Shown: positions 1-9,747 of the stretch, in pieces
Position numbering within the stretch: the first letter of the stretch is position 1
How the letters are laid out: every line of letters begins with the position of its first letter
Assembly: GCA_001782805.1 (NCBI GenBank)
Contig: MFPT01000003.1
Span: 44,072 to 108,071 of the forward strand
Origin: Candidatus Magasanikbacteria bacterium RIFCSPHIGHO2_01_FULL_41_23
GTDB lineage: Bacteria > Patescibacteriota > Patescibacteriia > Magasanikbacterales > UBA922
DNA length: 64,000 bases
Direction: 5' to 3'
Made by a program: the position numbers and the translations under genes
The notes under the pieces: model-generated
Seen by the model: only the letters and a program-made list of their open reading frames with translations
Told to the model about the DNA's origin: nothing
Database searches by the model: none

Positions 1-394
1 TGTTATGTCGTTTGTGGCTACGCCTGGTTTTTTTACCGCGGGTTTTGTATTCTTGCATATAGGACTGTTTGTTATATTTTATGTTTTGGGTAATAAAAAA
101 TTGCCGCCATCTTGGGGCGTGGTGCGTGATTTGGTTGATAAATCTCCAATCGGTCGAGTAGTGGTGCGCGTCTTTGATTCCGCGTATAATAAGCTGGTCA
201 ATACTGCCGTGACCGATAGCAAAGGCCGTTATGCGATTTTAATCGGTCCGAGCATGTATTATGCCAGTTATGAAAAAGATGGTTTTGTCAAAAAACAAAC
301 ATCTCTGCTTGATTATTCCAGCCAGAAAAATAAAGGAATGGGCGGAATTATTAATCGAGATGAAATCCTACAAAAAGTAGAAAGTAAAAAATAA
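1..394 (+). CDS. 3' part of a membrane protein with a C-terminal carboxypeptidase-regulatory-like domain (probably starts upstream of the window)
   Basis: Hydrophobic helix, then WGVVRD...P...V.VR.FD...TDSKGRY...YEKDGF pattern. Confidence 0.55.
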   Translation, partial: VMSFVATPGFFTAGFVFLHIGLFVIFYVLGNKKLPPSWGVVRDLVDKSPIGRVVVRVFDSAYNKLVNTAVTDSKGRYAILIGPSMYYASYEKDGFVKKQTSLLDYSSQKNKGMGGIINRDEILQKVESKK

Positions 395-409
395 TTTTTA
401 ATTTAAAAT

Positions 410-1402
410 ATGTTGCGAATTGCCATCAATGGTTTTGGCCGCATTGGCCGACACGCGTTTAAAGTTATTCAAAATAAAAAGGGAATGGAAGTGGTCGCAA
501 TTAACGATCTCACCAGTTCCAAAATTTTAGCGCATTTGCTAAAACATGATACGGCTTATCCGGATGTGGAATATTCGGTAAAATTTGATGATAAGAATTT
601 AATTATCGCGGGTAAAAAAATTCCGGTTTTTGCGGAAAAAGATCCGAGTTTGTTGCCGTGGAAAAAAATGAACGTTGATTTGGTTTTGGAATGCACGGGA
701 TTTTTTCGCGATGAGGAAGGTGCAGGTAAACATCTGACTGCCGGAGCAAAAAAAGTCATTATTTCCGCTCCAGCCAAAGGCGAAATTAAAACTTTAGTTA
801 AAGGCGTGAATGATACAGAATATAAAGGCGAAAAAATTGTAAATAATGCGTCATGCACTACGAATTGCGCGGCGCCAGTAATGCTGGTTTTGGAAAAAGA
901 ATTTGGCATTGCCAAAGCGATGTTGACTACTGTTCATTCGTATACTGCTTCGCAGTCCCTACAAGATGGTCCCAATAAAGATTTACGCGAAGCGCGAGCC
1001 GCAGCGCAAAATATGATACCGACTTCAACGGGCGCGGCTGTGGCAGTGGCGCAGGCAATTCCCGAATTAAAAGGTAAGTTTGATGGCCTATCGATCCGTG
1101 TTCCTACCATTACTGTTTCATTGACCGATATTACCGCGCTTCTTAAATGTAGTGTAACCAAAGAAGAAATCAATGAAGCTATGAAGAAAGCCGAGAAAAC
1201 CTATTTGAAAAATATTTTGGCTACAACTGACGAAGAATTAGTGTCCAGTGATTTTATTGGCAATCCATATTCGGCCATTGTGGATTTACATTTGACCAAT
1301 GTGGTTGATGGAAATTTGGTTAAAGTTGTCGCGTGGTATGACAATGAATGGGGCTATGCCAATCGTTTGGTGGAAATGGCGCAGTTGGTGGGGAAAAAAT
1401 AA
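410..1402 (+). CDS. gap: Type I glyceraldehyde-3-phosphate dehydrogenase
   Basis: AINGFGRIGR, NASCTTNC, WYDNEWGY. Confidence 0.98.
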   Translation: MLRIAINGFGRIGRHAFKVIQNKKGMEVVAINDLTSSKILAHLLKHDTAYPDVEYSVKFDDKNLIIAGKKIPVFAEKDPSLLPWKKMNVDLVLECTGFFRDEEGAGKHLTAGAKKVIISAPAKGEIKTLVKGVNDTEYKGEKIVNNASCTTNCAAPVMLVLEKEFGIAKAMLTTVHSYTASQSLQDGPNKDLREARAAAQNMIPTSTGAAVAVAQAIPELKGKFDGLSIRVPTITVSLTDITALLKCSVTKEEINEAMKKAEKTYLKNILATTDEELVSSDFIGNPYSAIVDLHLTNVVDGNLVKVVAWYDNEWGYANRLVEMAQLVGKK

Positions 1403-1414
1403 AAAGGAATCTGT

Positions 1415-2647
1415 ATGCCGATTAAGTCAATTAAAAATATCAAAAATTTAAAAGGAAAACGGGTTTTGGTTCGGGTTGATACGAATGTCCCAATTAAAAA
1501 CGGAAAAGTAAAAGATGATACGCGTATTCGTGAAATTATTCCAATGCTTAAATTTTTAATTCAAAAAAAAGCCAAAGTAATTCTCGTGGCGCATTTGGGT
1601 CGGCCGGAAGGAAAGATCGTAAATGATCTACGGTTAGATCCCGTGGCCGAGCGTTTAGGTGAAATTCTTAAAAAAAATGTTATTAAACTGGATGATTTTA
1701 TTGGTTCGGCGGTAGTCAAAGAAATTGCCGAAATGAAAAACGGACAAGTGCTGATGCTGGAAAATATTCGTTTTTCAGCGGATGAAAGTCCCTCTACACG
1801 CTCACTTCGTGGTGACTCAGTGGAACCAGGACAAGCCGGTATTAAAGGAACTTTGGCAAAAAAATTAGCGAGTTTGGGAGATATTTTTGTCCAAGAAGGT
1901 TTTTCGGTTTGTCATCGAGCGGATGCGTCTGTGGTCGGTGTGGCCAAATATGTGCCGAGTTATGCTGGATTACTTTTGGAAAAAGAAATTAAAAGTTTAA
2001 ATCAGATTTTAAACAAGCCTAAACATCCGCTTTTAGCAATTATTGGTGGCGCGAAATTGGAAACTAAAATACCGGTTTTGCAAAATATCAGTCGCATTGC
2101 AGACGCGATTTTGGTTGGTGGCGGAATTGTTAATACTTTTTTATTAAGTTTGGGATATGAAGTCGGTGCATCGCTGGTTGATAAAAATCATTTGGCGATT
2201 GCCAAAAAATTGGCGTGTAAAAAGAATATTTTTTTGCCATTGGATGTAGTTGTCGGTACACGCGATGGTAAAGATTGGCGCGTGGTTTCGATTGAAAAAA
2301 AACCACATCGGATTTGCGAACCGGACGAAGCAATTTTTGATCTTGGTCCAGTCACGATTGAACATTTTTGTGTTAGTTTAACGACTGCCAAAACAATCGT
2401 CTGGAATGGAGCTTTGGGTTATTTTGAACGACCACCGTATAATGAAGCCACCAATGCTTTGGCAAAAATGCTGGCCAGTGTTTCTCGAAAAGGAGTATTT
2501 ACCGTAGCCGGCGGAGGCGAAACACTGGAAGTTTTGGCCGCGCTTAAATTGACCAAAAAAATCAGTTTTGTTTCCACGGGCGGTGGCGCCATGCTGGAAT
2601 TTTTATCCGGCAAAAAATTGCCGGGGATTAAAATTTTGGAAAAATAA
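1415..2647 (+). CDS. pgk: Phosphoglycerate kinase, with a ~16-aa repeat-derived insertion
   Basis: RVDTNVP, HLGRP, LENIRF, GGAK, STGGGAMLEFL. Confidence 0.98.
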   Translation: MPIKSIKNIKNLKGKRVLVRVDTNVPIKNGKVKDDTRIREIIPMLKFLIQKKAKVILVAHLGRPEGKIVNDLRLDPVAERLGEILKKNVIKLDDFIGSAVVKEIAEMKNGQVLMLENIRFSADESPSTRSLRGDSVEPGQAGIKGTLAKKLASLGDIFVQEGFSVCHRADASVVGVAKYVPSYAGLLLEKEIKSLNQILNKPKHPLLAIIGGAKLETKIPVLQNISRIADAILVGGGIVNTFLLSLGYEVGASLVDKNHLAIAKKLACKKNIFLPLDVVVGTRDGKDWRVVSIEKKPHRICEPDEAIFDLGPVTIEHFCVSLTTAKTIVWNGALGYFERPPYNEATNALAKMLASVSRKGVFTVAGGGETLEVLAALKLTKKISFVSTGGGAMLEFLSGKKLPGIKILEK

Positions 2648-2703
2648 ATTATGTGGTATACTCCTATCATATTTTTACGAAAATAAAAATTCACTGCAAA
2701 TCT

Positions 2704-2757
2704 TTTTCTGAGACCCTCACCCATTCGACTAACGCTCAGGGTATCGGGCTCAAAAAA
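2704..2757 (+). repeat. Terminator-like hairpin with a hairpin-element copy in its loop
   Basis: TTTTCTGAGACCC...GGGCTCAAAAAA enclosing CCATTCGACTAACGCTCAGGGTATC. Confidence 0.7.
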
Positions 2758-2824
2758 GCTTTATCCGTTCCATTTTTATTTTAAATTCCCTAAAGCCCAC
2801 ATTAATTATCAATTTTTAAAATGT

Positions 2825-3643
2825 ATGTCTGTCAAAAAAACTCCTGAATTAAACGATAGTCAAACAGGCTCACGGACAATGATGTCTGGTTACAGTGACA
2901 TGGGACACAAACTAATGTGTACTCTTTTGGGAATTTTACTGGTGTACAGTATTGTTTTTGTCGGCACATTGATTCGTAATAATATCAGAAAATACCATAC
3001 CATTGGCCGGGCAGAAAAAACCGAACGCACGATTACCGTTGAGGCCGATGGTAAAGTTACAGTTAGTCCGGATATTGCTCTGACCACCATGGGCATGAGT
3101 GCTGAAAGCAAAACCGTGGCCGAGGCGCAGAAAAAAAATACCGAAGTCATGAATAAATTATTGGAAAAATTAAATGCTTTGGGTGTGGACAAAAAAGATG
3201 TGCAAACTATAAATTACAGCATTTATCCCACGTATGATTACAAAGACGGTGTTCAAGTAATCCGTGGATATCAAGTGGATCAGTCCGTCACCATTAAAAT
3301 TCGTGATTTGACCAAAGCCAACGATGTCATAGCTTTGGCCGGTGATGTCGGTGCCAATAGTGTAGGCGGTTTGCAATTTACGGTTGATGATCGGGAAATT
3401 TACAAAGCCAAAGCGCGTGATATGGCTTTGAAAAAAGTGGCACAAAAACGCGCGGCACTGGCAAGGTCGCTTGGTGTGCGTTTATCCAGCATTGTCAGTT
3501 ATAATGAATATGATGGCGGCCAAAATGGGTATGGCGATTATGGTAAAGGCGGGATGGCTCCAATGAGTACTGCGCCTGGGCTTGAACATGGCACCAATGA
3601 AATTTCTATTCATGTTGGCGTTACATTTGAAGTTCAACAATAG
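2825..3643 (+). CDS. SIMPL/DUF541 (YggE-like) protein
   Basis: N-terminal TM helix, TITV.ADGKV.VSPD, P.YDY...GY.V...V.IKIRD, GAN.V.G. Confidence 0.88.
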   Translation: MSVKKTPELNDSQTGSRTMMSGYSDMGHKLMCTLLGILLVYSIVFVGTLIRNNIRKYHTIGRAEKTERTITVEADGKVTVSPDIALTTMGMSAESKTVAEAQKKNTEVMNKLLEKLNALGVDKKDVQTINYSIYPTYDYKDGVQVIRGYQVDQSVTIKIRDLTKANDVIALAGDVGANSVGGLQFTVDDREIYKAKARDMALKKVAQKRAALARSLGVRLSSIVSYNEYDGGQNGYGDYGKGGMAPMSTAPGLEHGTNEISIHVGVTFEVQQ

Positions 3644-3715
3644 TTCTAACGATGGAAACACGGTCTTCACATAAGCCGTGTTTTTGTTATACTAGACACA
3701 AACTAGATTATTTAT

Positions 3716-4966
3716 ATGAAAATTTTTATTACAAAAGTATTTGCCAGTGAAATTTTGGATTCTCGCGGCAATCCAACAGTACACGCCACGGTTATTTTAT
3801 CCGACGGTTCAACTGGAATCGCGGCTGTGCCCAGTGGCGCTTCCACTGGAACACATGAAGCAGTTGAATTGCGCGATGGCGGCGGACGATATGGCGGCAA
3901 AGGGGTGTTGAAGGCAGTGAAAAATGTAAATAATATAATTGCCAAAGCGCTCGTTGGTGAAACGGCTGGGGATCAGCGCGTGCTGGATACTTTTTTAAAT
4001 CAATTGGATGGCACTGACAATAAAAGTATATTGGGCGCAAACGCGATTTTGGCGGTTTCTTTGGCGCATGCTCGCGCCGTGGCGATAAGTCAAAATTTGC
4101 CGTTGTATGTTTGGATTCGGAAAAATTTCGCGCTCAAAGAAAAAATTTGGCGGATGCCGGTGCCGACCATGAATATCTTAAGTGGCGGACGACATAGTAA
4201 CAATGGCTTGTCCATTCAGGAATTTATGATCGTGCCAATTCATCGCGTGTTGTCGGAACGAGTGCGTATTGGTGCTGAAATTTTTCATTCTTTGGCCAAT
4301 CTTTTAAATAAAAAAGGCTTTAAAACCGGTGTGGGTGATGAAGGCGGTTTTGCTCCGGAACTGCCAAATAACGAGCAAGCTTTGAAATTAATAATGCAAG
4401 CAATTAAAGACGCGGGTTATGTGGCGGGTAAACAAGTGGCTCTGGCGCTGGATTTGGCCGCGTCGGAATTTTTTCGGCATAATAAATATTATATTGATAA
4501 TAATCGCGATGGCTGTGAGGCGGATAAAATCATTGAAATGCTGCAATTGTGGTTGCGTCGCTATCCGATTGTGTCAATTGAAGATCCCTTGGCTGAAGAT
4601 GATTGGGATAATTGGAAAAAATTAACCAAACGTTTGGGTAATGACGTTAATTTGGTTGGTGATGATTTGTTTGTAACCAATACCGCGCGGATTAAAATGG
4701 GAATTGATCAAGGCGTGGCGAACGCGGTTTTAATAAAATTAAATCAAATCGGCACGTTGACTGAAACCATTGACGCGATTTATTTGGCCAAAGATCACAA
4801 ATATCGTGTTTCCGTGTCGCATCGTTCGGGTGAAACCGCAGATACGTTTATCGCGGATTTGGCCGTGGCCGTGAACGCGGAATTCATTAAAACCGGATCA
4901 CTTTCGCGTTCGGAGCGTGTGGAAAAATATAATCGGTTAATGGAGATTGAAAGAGAAGTGGGATAA
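3716..4966 (+). CDS. eno: Enolase
   Basis: ILDSRGNPT, VPSGASTG, GDEGG, SHRSGET, KTGSLSRSERVEKYN. Confidence 0.98.
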   Translation: MKIFITKVFASEILDSRGNPTVHATVILSDGSTGIAAVPSGASTGTHEAVELRDGGGRYGGKGVLKAVKNVNNIIAKALVGETAGDQRVLDTFLNQLDGTDNKSILGANAILAVSLAHARAVAISQNLPLYVWIRKNFALKEKIWRMPVPTMNILSGGRHSNNGLSIQEFMIVPIHRVLSERVRIGAEIFHSLANLLNKKGFKTGVGDEGGFAPELPNNEQALKLIMQAIKDAGYVAGKQVALALDLAASEFFRHNKYYIDNNRDGCEADKIIEMLQLWLRRYPIVSIEDPLAEDDWDNWKKLTKRLGNDVNLVGDDLFVTNTARIKMGIDQGVANAVLIKLNQIGTLTETIDAIYLAKDHKYRVSVSHRSGETADTFIADLAVAVNAEFIKTGSLSRSERVEKYNRLMEIEREVG

Positions 4967-4990
4967 GTATTTTTTGAATAAAAAATCTAT

Positions 4991-5692
4991 TTATTTCTCC
5001 CCATCCAGCATCACGCGTAAGAAAAATAAAGTTTCTGATTTCAGTTTTGCTTTGGCCCAGATTTTTTGTTTTTCAGTGAGGAGTTCGCCCAGTCCGTCCA
5101 GAATTTTACGGTCGTTTAATTTTTCCAGATTCGCAATCAGTTTTTCCAATAATTCACGATAGGGCATATTAACGCGATTTTCCACAAGACCTTTATTGAT
5201 TGGCCAATTGTTTTGTTCAAAAAAATATACATCGAAAATATCGCGGTTGGTTTTGCCTAGTCTCTCGTACATCGCCATCAATTTATTGGCGAACATATCC
5301 GGTTGATCCATCACCAGCATCGAAATTCCCAAGTATGATTTAAGGGAATATTTTGAGCCGAAATTTCGTCGGTTGATTTCTATCTTTACATTTTGTGCGT
5401 TTTTTAATTTTTTACTATACGCCAAAATAAACAATAGATTAAATCTTTTTATATGAGCTTCTTTTATTACGCCGTATTTTACTATTATATTTTTAATTTG
5501 GTCAAAAATATACTCTTCTTTTGTCGCATCCAACAAATCAAAATCCAGATCAACGGAAAAACGATCCAAGCCATAAAATAAATATGCGGCCGTGCCGCCT
5601 TTGAAACCCAAAAATGGCGCAATGGATTTGTCGGCATAGATATCTTTCAGAATTTGCAATAAGATTTTTTTGTGCGTAGCCGGATTTAACAT
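4991..5692 (-). CDS. AbiEii-family nucleotidyltransferase (type IV toxin)
   Basis: FKGGTA...GLDRFSVDLDF, KIEIN, K...RD.FD. Confidence 0.9.
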   Translation of the reverse strand: MLNPATHKKILLQILKDIYADKSIAPFLGFKGGTAAYLFYGLDRFSVDLDFDLLDATKEEYIFDQIKNIIVKYGVIKEAHIKRFNLLFILAYSKKLKNAQNVKIEINRRNFGSKYSLKSYLGISMLVMDQPDMFANKLMAMYERLGKTNRDIFDVYFFEQNNWPINKGLVENRVNMPYRELLEKLIANLEKLNDRKILDGLGELLTEKQKIWAKAKLKSETLFFLRVMLDGEK

Positions 5693-5696
5693 ATAT

Positions 5697-6293
5697 TTAG
5701 TTTGTTTTCAAAAAATTTTTATAATATTGTTTTATTTTCCTCTCCATTTTTTTATTTTCGTAGATATGCACCATAGCAAAAACTTTTTCCCAGTTCAGTG
5801 ATGATAAATTGTCAAAATGATAATCCTTACTTCGATATACCGTGTCCAAGAAAGCCCGTTCAGGCGTGGCAATGGAATATTCGCGGCTTTGGTCAATACC
5901 CAATGGGTTGATGAGGGCATTTTTTTTTATGGTTTCAAAAGTATAGATTTGTCCGTCACACACAATTTCTCGTTTAACATACGAAGCCACAAAAATTTGA
6001 TTGTAATATTGGAATGTCATACCTGAAGCTGCTAGTACAGTTTCAAAACTTATATATGAAGGGCGGAGTATATTGGTGGCCAGTTCTTTTCTGTCATAAT
6101 TGGCGTCTTTGGCGTACAGACCGCGGCGTAGGCGGATCAACTTGCTTGTTTTAACATAATAATGCAATCGAACTTCGGTTGCTCCGATATTGGTGTCTTC
6201 CCACAATAAAAAAATATCAACTGTGGTAAAGACAGTCTTCTTTGATCGGAGTAGGATGTCCAAGAAGTCGCCTCGTTTTTTCGTTATATTCAT
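5697..6293 (-). CDS. AbiEi-family antitoxin/regulator
   Basis: LIRLRRGLY, PSYISFETVL, IATPERAFLD; directly upstream of the AbiEii gene. Confidence 0.85.
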   Translation of the reverse strand: MNITKKRGDFLDILLRSKKTVFTTVDIFLLWEDTNIGATEVRLHYYVKTSKLIRLRRGLYAKDANYDRKELATNILRPSYISFETVLAASGMTFQYYNQIFVASYVKREIVCDGQIYTFETIKKNALINPLGIDQSREYSIATPERAFLDTVYRSKDYHFDNLSSLNWEKVFAMVHIYENKKMERKIKQYYKNFLKTN

Positions 6294-6342
6294 ATATTCT
6301 AACTGTATATTAGTCTAAGACTAATGTATAGTTAGAATATAT
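6292..6342. promoter_or_regulatory. 51-bp inverted repeat, likely AbiEi operator
   Basis: Arms 6292-6316 and 6318-6342 match at 23/25 positions; abuts the antitoxin ATG. Confidence 0.7.
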
Positions 6343-6430
6343 CATATTTGGCCATTCAACGCAAACTCTCACCTGTGTATAAAATTTTCTTATTGTCAAT
6401 ACATTTTACTCGGGTTATACTATCCGCACT

Positions 6431-8014
6431 ATGTCCACCAAAAAACAAATTTTTCCGATAACACCACTTGTTCTTATTATTCTTGATGGTTTTGGTTTGG
6501 CTGATCCCAAAATTTCGGGCAATGCGATTACTCCCAAAACTGCGCCGCATATTTTTTCCTATTTAAAAAAATATCCAAACGCGAAACTCAAAGCCAGTGG
6601 TCGCGATGTGGGATTATTTGCTAATCAAGAAGGGAATTCCGAAGCCGGACATTTTAATATTGGCGCGGGTAGAATCGTCAAGCAGGATTTAGTGCGAATT
6701 TCCGAAGCGATTAAAGACGGAACTTTTTACAAAAATGAAGCTTTTTTGCAGGCGATTCATTATGCGCATGAGCATAAAAGCACGTTGCATGTGATGGGAC
6801 TTTTGACCAATGGCCAGAGCGCGCACGCGCATCCGCAACATGTGTACGCGTTATTGGAATTATTGCGTCGGCATAAAGTGGAGCGCGTTGCCCTTCATTT
6901 ATTTACTGATGGACGTGATTCATCGCCGCATTCGGCCATAACGCATTTACGAAAATTGCGTAAATATTTGGCGCCGCATGAAAAAATAGCTAGTGTGATG
7001 GGTCGATTTTATGCCATGGATCGGAATAAAATTTGGAGTCGAACGGAAATCGCATATCGTGCTTTGGTTTTGGGAAAAGCTGAGCATACTGCCGCGAGCG
7101 CAGAAGAAGCCATTAGTGCAGGATACAATCGCGGCGAAACCGATGAGTACATTACGCCGACTATTATTGAAAAAGATGATAGGCCAATCGCGACGATTGG
7201 CGACCATGACGCGATTATTTTTTTTAACGCGCGGAGCGATCGGGCGCGACAGCTTACCAAAGCGTTTGTTCAGCCGCAATCTGAATTTAATGCAATAAAT
7301 TCAGGGGTGTTTAAGCGCACTCAATTCCCCAAAAATATTCGTTTTGTGGCGATGACTGATTTTGGTCCGGATTTGCCGAATATCTTGACCGCTTTTCCCA
7401 GTCCTGATGTGGTGCATAGTTTGGTGTCTGCGATTGATGAACGATATAAACAATTATATATTTCGGAAACGGAAAAGTACGCGCACATTACATATTTTAT
7501 AAATGGCGGTTATTCCACGGCAATTAACGGCGAGAAACGCGAACTGATTCCGTCGGGCGATACATATTCATATGCTGACAAGCCTGGTATGTGTTCGCGT
7601 GAAGTTACGAGTCGGATTCTTTCTCACTTAAAAAAACAAGAATACGATTTTATTGCGGTCAATTTTCCTAATGTTGATATGGTTGGTCACACCGGTGATT
7701 ATCCGGCAACGTGCCAAGCGGTAAAAATAATTGACGGTCATGTGGCGCAAATTGTAACCGCAGTTATGCGTCAACATGGTGCGGTTGTCATTACGGCGGA
7801 TCATGGCAACGCGGAAATGATGTATGATCCGGAAACAGGAGCAATGGATACGGAACATAGCACTAGTTTGGTTCCATTTATAATAATATCCGCGTCATTG
7901 CGTCATCATAAAATAATCAAATCCGGTCGTTTGGCCGATGTAGCGCCGACATTGTTGCGCTTGCTGGATATTCCTAAGCCAAAGGAAATGACGAGTAAAT
8001 CTCTGATAAGTTAG
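6431..8014 (+). CDS. gpmI: 2,3-BPG-independent phosphoglycerate mutase, copy 1
   Basis: LIILDG, GNSEAGH, GRFYAMDR, ETEKYAH, DMVGH, TADHGN. Confidence 0.95.
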   Translation: MSTKKQIFPITPLVLIILDGFGLADPKISGNAITPKTAPHIFSYLKKYPNAKLKASGRDVGLFANQEGNSEAGHFNIGAGRIVKQDLVRISEAIKDGTFYKNEAFLQAIHYAHEHKSTLHVMGLLTNGQSAHAHPQHVYALLELLRRHKVERVALHLFTDGRDSSPHSAITHLRKLRKYLAPHEKIASVMGRFYAMDRNKIWSRTEIAYRALVLGKAEHTAASAEEAISAGYNRGETDEYITPTIIEKDDRPIATIGDHDAIIFFNARSDRARQLTKAFVQPQSEFNAINSGVFKRTQFPKNIRFVAMTDFGPDLPNILTAFPSPDVVHSLVSAIDERYKQLYISETEKYAHITYFINGGYSTAINGEKRELIPSGDTYSYADKPGMCSREVTSRILSHLKKQEYDFIAVNFPNVDMVGHTGDYPATCQAVKIIDGHVAQIVTAVMRQHGAVVITADHGNAEMMYDPETGAMDTEHSTSLVPFIIISASLRHHKIIKSGRLADVAPTLLRLLDIPKPKEMTSKSLIS

Positions 8015-8050
8015 TGGATAAATGTTTATTTTTTATTATCGTTAAGAAAT

Positions 8051-9628
8051 ATGAATCGTCCAAAACCATTGGTTCTCGCAATTTTAGATGGTTGGGGAGT
8101 AGCGCCTGATACAGCAGGCAATGCCATTGTGCGCGCCAAAACTCCCAATTTTCAAAAGTTTATTCGGGAATATCCCACAATGACTTTATTCGCTTCGGGC
8201 AATGAGGTTGGTTTATCGTTTGGCGAAATGGGAAATTCCGAAGTTGGGCATTTGAATATTGGCGCGGGACGCGTGTATTATCAGACACTGCCGCGCTTAA
8301 ACAAAAGTATTGCCGATCATAGTTTTTTTGATAATAAAGCATTTCTGGAAGCGGCTGAACAAGTCAAGAAAAATAAATCCAATCTCCATTTAATCGGGCT
8401 CGTGGGTCCGGGCAATGTTCACGCCAGTCAAGATCATTTGGACGCACTTTTGAAATTTGCCAAACAGCAAAAAATTAAAAATGTATTTGTGCATGCTATT
8501 CTGGACGGACGCGATGCTACGTTTAACAGTGGTGTGGATTTTATTAAAAAATTGCAGGCGACGATGAAAGATATTGGTGTGGGTAAAATCGCCACATTGT
8601 CCGGCCGATATTTTGGAATGGATCGTGATAATCGCTGGGATAGAGTGGAAAAAGCCTATCGCGCAATTGTTAGTGGTATCGCGGATGTTTATGCCAAAGA
8701 TCCGATTAAAGCCATCAAAGAATCGTATGCCAAAGAAGTTTATGATGAGGAATTTGTGCCAACAGTCATTGGCGAAGAAGGCGAACCAATGGCAAAAATT
8801 TCCGACGATGATAGTGTAATATTTTTTAATTTTCGGCCGGATCGCGCACGCCAATTAACGCAAGCGTTTGTTTTGCCGACATTCACGAAATTTGAACGCG
8901 AGTATTTAAAAAAATTATGTTTTGTGACCATGACGGAATATGAAAAAGAATTGCCCGTAACAGTGGCGTTTCCGCCGAATGTTGTCGTCAATTGTTTGGC
9001 GCAAACCATCAGTGACGCGGGATTAAAACAATACCATATTGCGGAAACGGAAAAATACGCGCATATTACATTTTTTTTGAACGGCACGATTGAAGAGGCT
9101 TTTTCGCACGAAGATCGTAAAATTATTCCATCGCCAAAAGTCGCTTCGTATGATAAAGCGCCGGAAATGTCCGCGGCCGCGTTGACCAAAGATGTTGTTA
9201 AAATTATTGAGGGTGGCAAGTATGATGTTATAATGTTGAATTTGGCGAATCCCGATATGGTGGCGCATACTGGGGATACCAAAGCGACGATAAAAGGAGT
9301 GGAAATGGTGGATAAATGTTTGGGCGATATTGCGGCGCATACTTTGGCGCATCATGGCGTAATGCTAATTACCGCGGATCATGGTAATGCCGAGGAATTG
9401 GTGAATTTACAAACCAATGAACGCGATAAAGAACATAGTACGAATCCGGTTCCGTTTATTATTATTGGCGAAGAATATCACGGAAAAACCGGTCCGGCCG
9501 GCGATCCGCCCGATGGTGATTTGAGTTTGTTGCATCCGGTTGGCATGTTGGCCGATGTCGCGCCGACGGTTTTGAGTATTTTGGGGATTAAACAGCCAAA
9601 AGAAATGACGGGGCGGGCGTTGACATAA
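8051..9628 (+). CDS. gpmI: 2,3-BPG-independent phosphoglycerate mutase, copy 2
   Basis: LAILDGWG, MGNSEVGH, FNFRPDR, DMVAH, TADHGN. Confidence 0.96.
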   Translation: MNRPKPLVLAILDGWGVAPDTAGNAIVRAKTPNFQKFIREYPTMTLFASGNEVGLSFGEMGNSEVGHLNIGAGRVYYQTLPRLNKSIADHSFFDNKAFLEAAEQVKKNKSNLHLIGLVGPGNVHASQDHLDALLKFAKQQKIKNVFVHAILDGRDATFNSGVDFIKKLQATMKDIGVGKIATLSGRYFGMDRDNRWDRVEKAYRAIVSGIADVYAKDPIKAIKESYAKEVYDEEFVPTVIGEEGEPMAKISDDDSVIFFNFRPDRARQLTQAFVLPTFTKFEREYLKKLCFVTMTEYEKELPVTVAFPPNVVVNCLAQTISDAGLKQYHIAETEKYAHITFFLNGTIEEAFSHEDRKIIPSPKVASYDKAPEMSAAALTKDVVKIIEGGKYDVIMLNLANPDMVAHTGDTKATIKGVEMVDKCLGDIAAHTLAHHGVMLITADHGNAEELVNLQTNERDKEHSTNPVPFIIIGEEYHGKTGPAGDPPDGDLSLLHPVGMLADVAPTVLSILGIKQPKEMTGRALT

Positions 9629-9657
9629 GATAACTTAATTTTGAAGATATCAAATCA

Positions 9658-9715
9658 CTACATTACACTAAATTTGGTGATTGCATTATCTATATTACAT
9701 TAAATTTAGTGATTG
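9658..9715. repeat. Imperfect 26-bp direct repeat, two copies with a 32-bp period
   Basis: CTACATTACACTAAATTTGGTGATTG / CTATATTACATTAAATTTAGTGATTG. Confidence 0.7.
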
Positions 9716-9747
9716 GTGTCAAATGTTCAAAAATAGTGTCGTCTATT

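Noticed and set aside
9652-9716. CRISPR array, here or among the dispersed hairpins
   Set aside because: Only two units with a 6-nt gap, no repeat-spacer periodicity and no cas genes.
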